Source: Escherichia phage vB_Eco_SLUR29. From it: 48,466 bases of DNA. Both the position numbers and the translations under genes were made by a program. Of the stretch, positions 8,265-16,471 are shown in pieces; the first letter of the stretch is position 1, and the number at the start of each line of letters is the position of its first letter. Where the stretch lies: the sequence record NC_054895.1; one strand, written 5' to 3'. The notes beneath the pieces are model-generated. The model searched no databases and was not told the DNA's origin. It saw only the letters and a list, made by a program, of their open reading frames with translations.

Positions 8265-8567
8265 ATGATTAACATGAACCTGTTCACCGCTAAAGACCAC
8301 GAGAATATGGCAGCACTGGCTGACCTGTTCGAAACAGCAGAAATGGCTGAACTGTTCATGACTGAGCATGAATTCCAGGACGGCATCAGCAATGCCATTG
8401 AAACAAATTTTGGCGACGCTCGCGTTACTGGTGCAATGTTTGCAAATATCGCGCGTAAATTCTTCCAGGCTTACCGCGACGCTCGCCATGTAAAGGGCAC
8501 GTTTGGATCTGCGAAAGACACCGCTGAAACTATCCGCGCTTACATTGAGCGCCACGCAAAACAATAA
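8265..8567 (+). CDS. hypothetical early protein (100 aa)
   Basis: ORF with GAGGA SD; TAA stop abuts next 19-mer element. Confidence 0.6.
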   Translation: MINMNLFTAKDHENMAALADLFETAEMAELFMTEHEFQDGISNAIETNFGDARVTGAMFANIARKFFQAYRDARHVKGTFGSAKDTAETIRAYIERHAKQ

Positions 8568-8586
8568 ATAGCACTTTTTGTTAAAA
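8568..8586 (+). promoter_or_regulatory. conserved 19-bp early element, copy 2, with stem-loop GGGATAAC/GTTATCCC
   Basis: exact 19-mer; inverted repeat with TGGTATAGT (extended -10-like) in loop; CATCGAAACGAAC leader. Confidence 0.6.
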
Positions 8587-8646
8587 GCTGATCGGGATAA
8601 CCTGGTATAGTTATCCCATCGAAACGAACCGCTCAGGAGATAGTAA

Positions 8647-8919
8647 ATGAACATCAGCAAAACCACTTTCAGTTTCGCTAAGCGTCACGGTCTGGATCTG
8701 ACTGTTGAAGATTTTGGCGATGTTCTGCAACTCTGCATTTGGGAAGCAGATAACGATTGCGAGTGGCTTTGCTCTTATCGTATCAACTACGATTGCTTGA
8801 CCTGGCACGGCAATATCTATCTGCCGCAAGAAGTGAAAGAAGAGTTGCCAGCGACTATCAACAACGAGGTTTTCTTGCGCCAGGTGCTGAAATTTATCAG
8901 CAAGGAGATCAAGAAGTAA
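8647..8919 (+). CDS. hypothetical early protein (90 aa)
   Basis: ORF with AGGAGA SD. Confidence 0.6.
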   Translation: MNISKTTFSFAKRHGLDLTVEDFGDVLQLCIWEADNDCEWLCSYRINYDCLTWHGNIYLPQEVKEELPATINNEVFLRQVLKFISKEIKK

Positions 8920-9185
8920 TGGCGGTGATTACAGAAAATGATTTGGATCTGGCGGAGGCATTTTGCAGGGCCGCCATGTCTAACCTGGATGTGGCTACTA
9001 AATTTCTTCCGGTGCGCCCACTCTTTTCATGTGCGCCCGTGAATAAACCGACTCGCGTAATGATCGTGATTGAAGGTGATGGCCTGTACGCTGAAAAGAC
9101 GTTCCACATCAGCAACATTAAGGGCCGTGCTGATTTTATCAATGATGTTTGCTTATTGCAGGAGAAGAAAAAATGTTGGATGTGA
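8919..9185 (+). CDS. hypothetical protein (88 aa, MAVITENDL...)
   Basis: ATG overlaps TAA of upstream gene (TAATG). Confidence 0.5.
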   Translation: MAVITENDLDLAEAFCRAAMSNLDVATKFLPVRPLFSCAPVNKPTRVMIVIEGDGLYAEKTFHISNIKGRADFINDVCLLQEKKKCWM

Positions 9186-9382
9186 TCAAGAAAGCCAGTG
9201 AGATGGGTATGGATGTTTCAATCTGCGACGCTTCCGCGCGTCACCCGTCAGCTCCTGAAAATATGGTTGTTGTCATCGTGCATAATCACCGCTATGAGTG
9301 CCGTGCTATGTTTGAGAAGCAGGATAAAGAGTCTCAACGCTGCTTTATCAATGAAGTTTGCGATCTGTATGGGCGGATCTGA
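9173..9382 (+). CDS. hypothetical protein (69 aa, MLDVIKK...)
   Basis: AGGAGA SD 8 nt upstream of ATG 9173. Confidence 0.45.
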   Translation: MLDVIKKASEMGMDVSICDASARHPSAPENMVVVIVHNHRYECRAMFEKQDKESQRCFINEVCDLYGRI

Positions 9383-9383
9383 A

Positions 9384-9596
9384 ATGTTCAAGAAATTGTT
9401 ATGGCTGTACCGCTCCAGGCGCAATAATGGATATTGCATGGGCACGGAAAGGAATCTTGACCGCGCTTATAAATACTGCCTGTTGTTGCTAGCCAGTCTG
9501 CCGGAAAACAGGAAGGAATATATTGCGCTGCGAGAAATAACAATGCGGATATATAGTTACCGCAATAAACTATACGTCTTTAAATCTTTACGATAA
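9384..9596 (+). CDS. hypothetical protein (70 aa, MFKKLLWLY...)
   Basis: ORF; weak SD. Confidence 0.4.
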   Translation: MFKKLLWLYRSRRNNGYCMGTERNLDRAYKYCLLLLASLPENRKEYIALREITMRIYSYRNKLYVFKSLR

Positions 9597-9608
9597 GGAG
9601 TAATAACC

Positions 9609-9872
9609 ATGAAAATTAATGCACCTATTCCAGTTAAGCGCAAAGCACGTTTGCTCAATAACGGGTGTTACGCCCTGCGGCCTGCATTTAAGGATCGCAC
9701 ATTTCCGGTTATCGTTAACGTGTCTCACGTAAGCCGTAGCGGAAACCTGGTATTCGTTAAAGGTGAAGATCTGGCGGCGCTTGGATTCTATGGCGGTGCT
9801 CACGGCGAACCGCTCGGATTCTGGCTTGTAGATCCGTTAACTGGAGAGCGTGAAATCGAATTTCTGGACTAA
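9609..9872 (+). CDS. hypothetical protein (87 aa)
   Basis: strong SD TAAGGAG; TAA stop abuts next 19-mer element. Confidence 0.6.
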   Translation: MKINAPIPVKRKARLLNNGCYALRPAFKDRTFPVIVNVSHVSRSGNLVFVKGEDLAALGFYGGAHGEPLGFWLVDPLTGEREIEFLD

Positions 9873-9891
9873 ATAGCACTTTTTGTTAAAA
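9873..9891 (+). promoter_or_regulatory. conserved 19-bp early element, copy 3, with stem-loop GATGCGCT/AGCGCATC
   Basis: exact 19-mer; TGGTATAGT in loop 22 nt after TTGTTA. Confidence 0.6.
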
Positions 9892-9947
9892 ACGATGCGC
9901 TGCTGATTGGTATAGTAAGCGCATCGACAACAAACGAGGATTTAAAG

Positions 9948-10145
9948 ATGGAAAATCAGGTTGATGTTAAAGTTGTTAAGCGCGACAAGTCTCACGAAAA
10001 AGGTTTGTTTAAGAAAGGTGCTGAAATCACCATTGACCTTGATGATATGGAGGCGTACCACTCAGGGCTAACTTGGAACGTTCGCAAATGTGAAAACGGC
10101 CTGTTCAAGTTAAATGGCTTTGAAACATACATGGAGATCATTTAA
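9948..10145 (+). CDS. hypothetical protein (65 aa)
   Basis: ORF with GAGGA SD. Confidence 0.55.
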   Translation: MENQVDVKVVKRDKSHEKGLFKKGAEITIDLDDMEAYHSGLTWNVRKCENGLFKLNGFETYMEII

Positions 10146-10426
10146 TGGCATACGAAAAGAATGATTTCAATAGCGCAAGAGAAAAAATCAAGGCGGCGAG
10201 AATTAAACAGCGTGCCTTTAGATTCTGGCTTGACTATCGCGATCTAAGAAAAGATATGGATACGCTTATTAAGACTGGTAGCGCATTCTGCTCCAATAGA
10301 ACGGTTTGGCGAAATATGAATGCGCAGTACGGCCAGGGTAAAATTCGTGTATTTGGCGGCGCTGTTGAGGCTTATGTATTTGGCGCAACAAAGGCTGTAA
10401 GTTTTAACGTAGCTGGGATCGTATAA
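10145..10426 (+). CDS. hypothetical protein (93 aa)
   Basis: TAATG coupling to upstream gene. Confidence 0.55.
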   Translation: MAYEKNDFNSAREKIKAARIKQRAFRFWLDYRDLRKDMDTLIKTGSAFCSNRTVWRNMNAQYGQGKIRVFGGAVEAYVFGATKAVSFNVAGIV

Positions 10427-10638
10427 TGGCAAAGCAATTAAAACTTAAATGCGTAGAAACTTATAACTCAATTTGGAAATTCACGCGCGAAAAAGAATAT
10501 CCACTAATGGGAAATCTCAAAGAAGATCCTCATGTAATTTCAGATAATGGTCTTCACCTTTATTTAATGGAATACAACGATGGCTATATTGGCGCTGGTG
10601 TTCCGGGCCATAAATTTAAGATGAAAAATAAGAAATGA
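10426..10638 (+). CDS. hypothetical protein (70 aa)
   Basis: TAATG coupling. Confidence 0.5.
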   Translation: MAKQLKLKCVETYNSIWKFTREKEYPLMGNLKEDPHVISDNGLHLYLMEYNDGYIGAGVPGHKFKMKNKK

Positions 10639-10746
10639 GGCTATTTATTTTCAAAAATGCTTGGATGGTAGCGGTTGCAAATGACCATTACGGCGGCGAC
10701 GGAAAAAGAGCACGACGCCATTCATATTTCAATTGAGGATATTTAA

Positions 10747-10974
10747 ATGAAAGCAAAAGTTTTAAACATTATGTCAACTATTGACGCTCATCACCGCGTG
10801 GCTGTAAAACTTGATAAGTCCTGCGGAATTAGCCAAATCACTATCACCGAGGGAAAGGGCGGCTATCTTATTGGTATTCATCCAGGAGGTAAGGTGCGCA
10901 AATGCAATAAAGATCAGGTAAAAGAATTACTGGAAGAAAACGCCTTCTATATTCAAAGTTGGCGCGCTCTTTAA
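10747..10974 (+). CDS. hypothetical protein (75 aa)
   Basis: ORF with GAGGA SD. Confidence 0.55.
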   Translation: MKAKVLNIMSTIDAHHRVAVKLDKSCGISQITITEGKGGYLIGIHPGGKVRKCNKDQVKELLEENAFYIQSWRAL

Positions 10975-10981
10975 TTAATCT

Positions 10982-11003
10982 GGCGGCGTTTTGCCGCCTT
11001 TTA
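10982..11003 (+). terminator. putative weak intrinsic terminator/attenuator
   Basis: hairpin GGCGGCG-TTTT-GCCGCC followed by TTTT. Confidence 0.35.
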
Positions 11004-11016
11004 AATGAGGTGAAAA

Positions 11017-11133
11017 ATGATAGATAAAGCTATTGATTTCTTTTTTTATTCGATTATTGGCGCGGTTGGATTTTTGGTTACTGCTGCTGGCCTGGCTATT
11101 ATCTTGGCTGTTATTAAGGTAGTTATGCGATGA
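11017..11133 (+). CDS. small hydrophobic peptide (38 aa)
   Basis: short ORF below track threshold, GAGGTG SD, single predicted TM helix; overlaps next ATG. Confidence 0.3.
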   Translation: MIDKAIDFFFYSIIGAVGFLVTAAGLAIILAVIKVVMR

Positions 11134-11354
11134 GTCAGGACGGTTTTTTTGAGCGCCTTCAAATGGCAGAAGATGCCGGGCTAAATAAAGAGTCGGCGCT
11201 TGAAGTGGCATATAAAATTAAGACTCTTGATGAGGCTTTAGGTGATATGGATATGGATCTTGAATCAAGCGCAATATTTGCAGATCCCACTATGATTGTT
11301 AATGATTGTGGATGCGATTTCGATCCTGGTTGTGCGCGCTGTTTTCCGTTTTGA
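11130..11354 (+). CDS. hypothetical protein with C-terminal Cys cluster (CGCDFDPGCARC)
   Basis: 74-aa ORF. Confidence 0.5.
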   Translation: MSQDGFFERLQMAEDAGLNKESALEVAYKIKTLDEALGDMDMDLESSAIFADPTMIVNDCGCDFDPGCARCFPF

Positions 11355-11358
11355 GGTA

Positions 11359-12075
11359 ATGACGATGTATAAAGGTTTAATATTCTCCCTATTTGATGGA
11401 TCTGGTAAAGCCGTTAAAGATTGGGCTGATAATGGCTATAAGTGCATTTGCTTTAATGCTGACGGCGGCGATCACGGTGATTACCAGTCAGTGCGCATAC
11501 AGCATGAGAATATCGAATACGTTAACGTCTGGATTGATGAAAGATTTTACCACCGCGCGCGCTGGGAGGAATGGGGCATTCCTGACTTTATTATGGCATT
11601 TCCGCCGTGCACTGACCTTGCAAATAGCGGATCTCGCCATTGGGCCAAAAAACGCCTTGAGAATCCATCTTTCCAGGATGAGGCCGCCGACACTTGCAGG
11701 ATCGCGGCTGATATAGCTGATTATTTCGGTGTTCCTTACATGATCGAAAATCCGGTTGGCAAGTTGTCAACGTTATGGCGAAAGCCTGATTATACGTTCC
11801 ATCCGTGCGATTACGCTGGCTATCTGCCGGAAGATGATAAACATCCCGACTTCCCTGATATTATTCCGGCGCGGGATCGCTATTTTAAGAAAACATGCCT
11901 CTGGACTGGCAACGGCTTTGTTATTCCTCCACGCGCTTTAATCCTGCCGAAAGAGAAAGACAAAGATAATCCAGGCTGGGCCAAAACTGGCGGCAAGTCA
12001 TCGCGCACAAAGATGATCCGCTCCCTCACTCCGCGCGGCTTTGCTCGCGCCGTCTTTGAGTCAAACTCAAAATAG
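11359..12075 (+). CDS. DNA (cytosine-5)-methyltransferase-like
   Basis: motif I FSLFDGSG, PPC catalytic-Cys motif (FPPCTDL), ENP/ENV-like motif (MIENPVGK); TAG stop lies inside next 19-mer element. Confidence 0.65.
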   Translation: MTMYKGLIFSLFDGSGKAVKDWADNGYKCICFNADGGDHGDYQSVRIQHENIEYVNVWIDERFYHRARWEEWGIPDFIMAFPPCTDLANSGSRHWAKKRLENPSFQDEAADTCRIAADIADYFGVPYMIENPVGKLSTLWRKPDYTFHPCDYAGYLPEDDKHPDFPDIIPARDRYFKKTCLWTGNGFVIPPRALILPKEKDKDNPGWAKTGGKSSRTKMIRSLTPRGFARAVFESNSK

Positions 12076-12090
12076 CACTTTTTGTTAAAA
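12072..12090 (+). promoter_or_regulatory. conserved 19-bp early element, copy 4, with stem-loop GCCAGGT/ACCTGGC
   Basis: exact 19-mer containing stop codon of upstream gene; TGGCATAAT 22 nt after TTGTTA. Confidence 0.6.
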
Positions 12091-12144
12091 GCCAGGTGTA
12101 AAAACCTGGCATAATCACATCGAACAAACAAAGGAGATCTGATC

Positions 12145-12531
12145 ATGAATGTTATCTGTAATGAAACCAACGTATTGATGAAAGGCCGATTTAAAACGGT
12201 TTATCAGAAGATTGCAGGAAGTAATGATGTGATCGAGGTGGAAGAATTCCAGGTTAAGACGCTTGTTAAGGGTAGCCGCTGGCTTCCAGCAAACCGAGAT
12301 GATTACCGCGTCATTAACACAAAAACCGTTCTTTGCAAGTTTGTAGATCATAACATGCCGTGCAAAAAGCACTTTAAGCAGGGAAAGCGATACCAGATCG
12401 AGAAAGGGCGACCGCTTGGAAGCGTTGCGGGTTATGTTTTTGATGAGTGCGGCGACCGCTGGAACCTGTACCGTGAAGAGGTCGGATTCTCTGCTGGCGG
12501 CTGTTATCTTTTTGAGGGTAAATATCTGTGA
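12145..12531 (+). CDS. hypothetical protein (128 aa)
   Basis: strong SD AAAGGAG. Confidence 0.55.
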   Translation: MNVICNETNVLMKGRFKTVYQKIAGSNDVIEVEEFQVKTLVKGSRWLPANRDDYRVINTKTVLCKFVDHNMPCKKHFKQGKRYQIEKGRPLGSVAGYVFDECGDRWNLYREEVGFSAGGCYLFEGKYL

Positions 12532-12749
12532 TAAACAGTGAAAACCGTTACAAAGTAACGAATTCTACCACAAAGACTTTCAAGCCTGGCGATATAGTCA
12601 GGCCCATCAAAAAAACGGCGGTAGGTTGGCTGATTGGTTTTTCATATCATAAGGCTCTTTACTTTACGTTTAAGGATGGGATCATGGGGGAATGCTATAG
12701 CGACCGCCATCCTGATCGACTTCTGGTTGCAATAGAGCGGATCAAATAG
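12528..12749 (+). CDS. hypothetical protein (73 aa, probable GTG start)
   Basis: GTGA overlap with upstream stop; TAG stop inside next 19-mer. Confidence 0.45.
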   Translation: MINSENRYKVTNSTTKTFKPGDIVRPIKKTAVGWLIGFSYHKALYFTFKDGIMGECYSDRHPDRLLVAIERIK

Positions 12750-12764
12750 CACTTTTTGACAAAA
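12746..12764 (+). promoter_or_regulatory. conserved early element, copy 5 (TTGACA variant), with stem-loop GGGCCGT/ACGGCCC
   Basis: ATAGCACTTTTTGACAAAA; TAAAAT in loop; precedes P-loop NTPase gene. Confidence 0.6.
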
Positions 12765-12817
12765 CGGGGTAGTATTGGGCCGTTAAAATTTACGGCCCAC
12801 AAAGGAGAAGCTAACGA

Positions 12818-14398
12818 ATGTTTTCATTAGAAACGAACAAATTAACTCCACAGCAAATAATCGCTATGGCTGAAAGCCAGAACCTTTCACCAGTTCGCGT
12901 ATCAATTCAGGCTAACGGCTATCGCCAGTCGTCCAGCTTTTGGGGCGACGTAAAGGATGTGAATAGCGGTCACGATCGCTACCCCGTTATTTCTCTTGGT
13001 AATGATATTGATGTTGTCGGCAAGTTATCACGCAGCATTGCGCGATCCGTTCAATTCCCTGAATCATCGGCTTACATGCACTTTATCGGCTGCATTTCTG
13101 CCGCTATGCTTGGACGCTTTACGGTTGACTATCACGGAACCGATCAGCCGACTGCGCTTTACGTCGTTACAAGCCAGCCGCCGTCAACTGGTAAATCTGC
13201 GATCAACAGCATGGCTATTGCTCCGATGATTGCGGAAGTTGAGAAGATCAACGAGCAACGCCGCAAGGAAAGAAAGAAAATACAGGCAAAGCTGGCAGGT
13301 CTTGCAAAGGAGATGAAAAGCGAAAGATCCGGCGCTGATATGGAATCTCTATACCAGGAAAAAGAGGATCTGGAGGAAAAGCTGGAAAAAATGTGTGATA
13401 TAACTTTTCCTGTTTCAGATACAACTCCAGAAGGCTTGGCGAAAATCAACAACAAGCAAGGTAACTTTGCCGTAATTTCTGATGAAGCAACAAGTATTAA
13501 CAGTCTGTTAGGTTTGACCTATGCAAATAGCGAAAGGAAGACTAACAGTGAGTTAGTGCTTAAGGCGTGGGATAATGGTCACGTATCAATTGCCCGTGCT
13601 AATGCTGACAATAATATGAGTTTTCGCGCGCTTGGATGTATGAGCGTTATAGCCCAGGATGAAACGATAAGCGGAATCATGGACGCTGGATCGCGAGGCA
13701 TCGGTGTTAGTGAGCGTTTTTTGTTGGTCCGCGAGGAATCATTCTTAGGCCGTCGCTCATTCATTGATGAAAATGGTGATTCTACCTATGAGGCGGTGGA
13801 TTCTGAATTGAAAGCCCAATATTATCAATTGGTGCATAACATCATGAGCGAATCAAATATATCGCTGAAAATAAGCCGTTCAGCTATGCGAGTGCTCAAC
13901 ATTGCTCGCCAGGATATGGAACCGCATCTTGCAGACGGCGGAAAGTATTCTCATACAATGTTACGCGGTGCGCTTGGTAAAATGGATAAACAGGTGATCA
14001 GGCTTGCTTCCGTCCTGCATGTTATCCGTAACTGGTTTAATCCTGCCGGATACCCGCAGAAGTCGAAAGAGATCGACGTGGAAACAATGCAAGAGGCGTT
14101 GATCATGTTTCAGGAATTGAGCAAAACATACATTAGCGCCGCCAATGCTTCTGGTTATGCTGGTGATGATGCTGAAATGGGTAAATTGATTGAATTGATC
14201 ACGAGGCACGGCAAGGCTAACAAAGGGATCCTGAATATTCGCGCCCTGTACGAATCAGCGAGAAAGGTAAAACCTTTCGTTGGTCAGGCTGGCGTAATGA
14301 AAAGGATAGAAGGGCACTTACTGCCAATGCTGGAAGAAAGAAATTATGTTTGTGTGATTAATGGTGTTATTTTTGTCAATCCAATACTGCTGGGATGA
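12818..14398 (+). CDS. P-loop NTPase of unknown function (526 aa)
   Basis: Walker A-like PPSTGKSA and Walker B-like FAVISDEA; strong SD; function not assignable by eye. Confidence 0.7.
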   Translation: MFSLETNKLTPQQIIAMAESQNLSPVRVSIQANGYRQSSSFWGDVKDVNSGHDRYPVISLGNDIDVVGKLSRSIARSVQFPESSAYMHFIGCISAAMLGRFTVDYHGTDQPTALYVVTSQPPSTGKSAINSMAIAPMIAEVEKINEQRRKERKKIQAKLAGLAKEMKSERSGADMESLYQEKEDLEEKLEKMCDITFPVSDTTPEGLAKINNKQGNFAVISDEATSINSLLGLTYANSERKTNSELVLKAWDNGHVSIARANADNNMSFRALGCMSVIAQDETISGIMDAGSRGIGVSERFLLVREESFLGRRSFIDENGDSTYEAVDSELKAQYYQLVHNIMSESNISLKISRSAMRVLNIARQDMEPHLADGGKYSHTMLRGALGKMDKQVIRLASVLHVIRNWFNPAGYPQKSKEIDVETMQEALIMFQELSKTYISAANASGYAGDDAEMGKLIELITRHGKANKGILNIRALYESARKVKPFVGQAGVMKRIEGHLLPMLEERNYVCVINGVIFVNPILLG

Positions 14399-14790
14399 TT
14401 ATGTTTTTGCTTGATCTGTATAAATGGTGTGAGTCATACGATTGGTTTAACAGGCAGCACATAGCCAAATTTATCTATCAGCATAGAGAATGTGAGCGGC
14501 TCGCACGGGCCGCCGGACTTACGCCGCGAATGTTCGCCAGCCTTGCATCTAAGGAATTTTGCGCAAGAATGATGACGGCTGGTTATATAGATGGAGTCTG
14601 CGGAAAATACTGGTCCAAAGGATCGTCAAAGCGGCCTTTCGGATTCGAATTGTATAGCCTGGATGGTATGCGCAACGACTGGATCAGGGATATGGCTAGA
14701 ATAGGGGAGATGGGCGATGATGAATTGTTCCAGGCAAAAGCTAATAGACAAGATCTTGAAGCACTGCGCCGTAAATTCAATCTCACATGA
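14395..14790 (+). CDS. hypothetical protein (131 aa)
   Basis: ATGA coupling to upstream NTPase gene. Confidence 0.5.
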   Translation: MIMFLLDLYKWCESYDWFNRQHIAKFIYQHRECERLARAAGLTPRMFASLASKEFCARMMTAGYIDGVCGKYWSKGSSKRPFGFELYSLDGMRNDWIRDMARIGEMGDDELFQAKANRQDLEALRRKFNLT

Positions 14791-14911
14791 GGATTTTATT
14801 CATGCTTTACTTACGCTACTTTATTCAGATATGCGCGCTTTTAGCACCACTGAACATGTTTTATGCAATGATGATGGTGTATTACTGGTTACGGTAAAGC
14901 GTATGGAATAG
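14717..14911 (+). CDS. possible overlapping small ORF (64 aa)
   Basis: GGGGAGA SD 6 nt before ATG; TAG stop is the TAG of the next 19-mer element, as for other cassette-terminal genes. Confidence 0.3.
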   Translation: MMNCSRQKLIDKILKHCAVNSISHEDFIHALLTLLYSDMRAFSTTEHVLCNDDGVLLVTVKRME

Positions 14912-14926
14912 CATTTTTTGTTAAAA
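14908..14926 (+). promoter_or_regulatory. conserved early element, copy 6 (ATAGCATTTTTTGTTAAAA), stem-loop CCCGGC/GTCGGG
   Basis: near-exact 19-mer; TATATT after hairpin; CATCGAAACGAAAC leader; inverted duplicate of copy at 18151..18169. Confidence 0.6.
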
Positions 14927-14988
14927 CGCCCGGCCTAGTGTCGGGTATATTTGTTTCATCGAAACGAAACAACCAAAAAGGAAAAATT

Positions 14989-15213
14989 ATGTCCAGCAAG
15001 TTTTTAGTAGTTCGCGTATACAATCATGCAAATGGATCTTCTTCTGAAATCCCGACAGTTTACGATAAGGATTCAGGCTGGAGTGAGCAATCGGCGGTTG
15101 AAAATGAGCGCAAGATTGCAGGACTATACGGCGACACTTGCAGCATTGAAGTAAGGAAGTACGACGAATCGAACAAGCCAACAAACGAAAGCCATATGTG
15201 GCCCGACGCATAA
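14989..15213 (+). CDS. hypothetical protein (74 aa, MSSKFLVV...)
   Basis: ATG at 14989 after A-rich leader. Confidence 0.5.
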   Translation: MSSKFLVVRVYNHANGSSSEIPTVYDKDSGWSEQSAVENERKIAGLYGDTCSIEVRKYDESNKPTNESHMWPDA

Positions 15214-15245
15214 AAATAAAGGAGGCGTTAAGCCTCCTTTTTCTT
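15214..15245. terminator. bidirectional intrinsic terminator between convergent operons
   Basis: hairpin GGAGGC-GTTA-AGCCTCC flanked by A-run and T-run. Confidence 0.6.
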
Positions 15246-15623
15246 TTCTATCCAGTAAAGACAAATCAGCACAAGAAACACAACCACGCATATGATTACT
15301 GGATCGTACCATCTCCCGTTATTACGCTGCACGACCTGAATTTTGTCTGCCTTGATGGTATTGGCCTGAATGGTTGATGTTGTGAAATCCTTCTTGCTGG
15401 ACGTGTCCACCTTGTCAACCGCAGATTCCTTTATTGTGGTTTCCTGTTTTGTGCTGGCGTCCTGCCTTGCTGTAATGCCAACTGTCTGCTTCACGTTCTC
15501 CGCGCCAGCCTGCGCTGTGATTTCCGGCTTACTGCCGATTAATCCGGTCAGTGGCGTAACGCTTGAACATCCAGACAAGATCACCGCCATTGCGATTGGT
15601 GTAAGTAAAAATTTCTTCATCAT
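15228..15623 (-). CDS. unimolecular spanin-like lysis protein
   Basis: N-terminal lipoprotein signal (LSGCSS) plus C-terminal TM helix ([16 protein letters not shown]); last gene of lysis cassette. Confidence 0.55.
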   Translation of the reverse strand: MMKKFLLTPIAMAVILSGCSSVTPLTGLIGSKPEITAQAGAENVKQTVGITARQDASTKQETTIKESAVDKVDTSSKKDFTTSTIQANTIKADKIQVVQRNNGRWYDPVIICVVVFLVLICLYWIEKKKEA

Positions 15624-16111
15624 TTAAGATCCATTGTGCAATATTTGTATTCGACCTTGCGCCTGTTAAGCAAGCCTTTAGACTTCTCTCGCTTTCCTGT
15701 TTTTGGGTTATGGTAATAAGTCCAACGATAAAGCTGATCGCAAGCCTCGTTTAATTTCCCCTGGTTGATGAGTTTCAGCATTGTTGAATTTCTGAAAGCT
15801 CCCACACCTGCATTATAAGTGAATGAGTACATGGCTGCACGCATACTATCGGGAATGTCAACCTTAACTTGCTTGTCAACTTCTTTTTTAGCAACCTGGA
15901 TATGTTTAGCCAACAAAGCATCACACTCTTTTTTAGTGTACGTTTTCCCCAGGATAACATCGGGTCCGGTGATTCCTGCGCAAACCGTCCATACTCCCGC
16001 AATATCTTTGTATGGCTTGTATCTTACCCCTTCGATCTCTTCAAGAAGTGGAGAAGTCAAGGCAACCGCAACGCCAAAGGCCGCCGCCGCTACCCTGTTC
16101 TTTATGCTCAT
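15620..16111 (-). CDS. SAR endolysin (GH24 lysozyme)
   Basis: Gly/Ala-rich N-terminal signal-anchor-release segment; catalytic E-8-D-5-T triad ([16 protein letters not shown]). Confidence 0.8.
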   Translation of the reverse strand: MSIKNRVAAAAFGVAVALTSPLLEEIEGVRYKPYKDIAGVWTVCAGITGPDVILGKTYTKKECDALLAKHIQVAKKEVDKQVKVDIPDSMRAAMYSFTYNAGVGAFRNSTMLKLINQGKLNEACDQLYRWTYYHNPKTGKREKSKGLLNRRKVEYKYCTMDLK

Positions 16112-16326
16112 TACTTGCCCCTGATCTCAATAGCTTTTTGAATATCACCTTTTTCGATCGCCTCGTGGAATTTTTTACTATCACGCCAGCGAAGGTAAGC
16201 GCCCCACGCACCGAATGCAGCCATTAAAACAAAACTGGCAATAGCAATGGTTAACTGCCCTGTAGCGGCGCTTGCGATAGATGAACCGCCAGATCCGGCG
16301 GTAGCTGCGTTAATAAAATCTTTCAT
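16111..16326 (-). CDS. holin (pinholin-like, two TMDs)
   Basis: 71-aa protein with two hydrophobic segments and charged C-terminus; ATGA coupling to endolysin. Confidence 0.6.
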   Translation of the reverse strand: MKDFINAATAGSGGSSIASAATGQLTIAIASFVLMAAFGAWGAYLRWRDSKKFHEAIEKGDIQKAIEIRGK

Positions 16327-16471
16327 TTTTATTCTCCATATTAATTAAAGTCAATATATTGACCGCATGATAAACGCACATGGTAAAAAATTAAACAAAA
16401 AAAAGAGGCGACAAACGCCGCCCCCTTGCAAGTTTTTGATTTAATTTGTCATTGATTTAAATAAAAATTCA

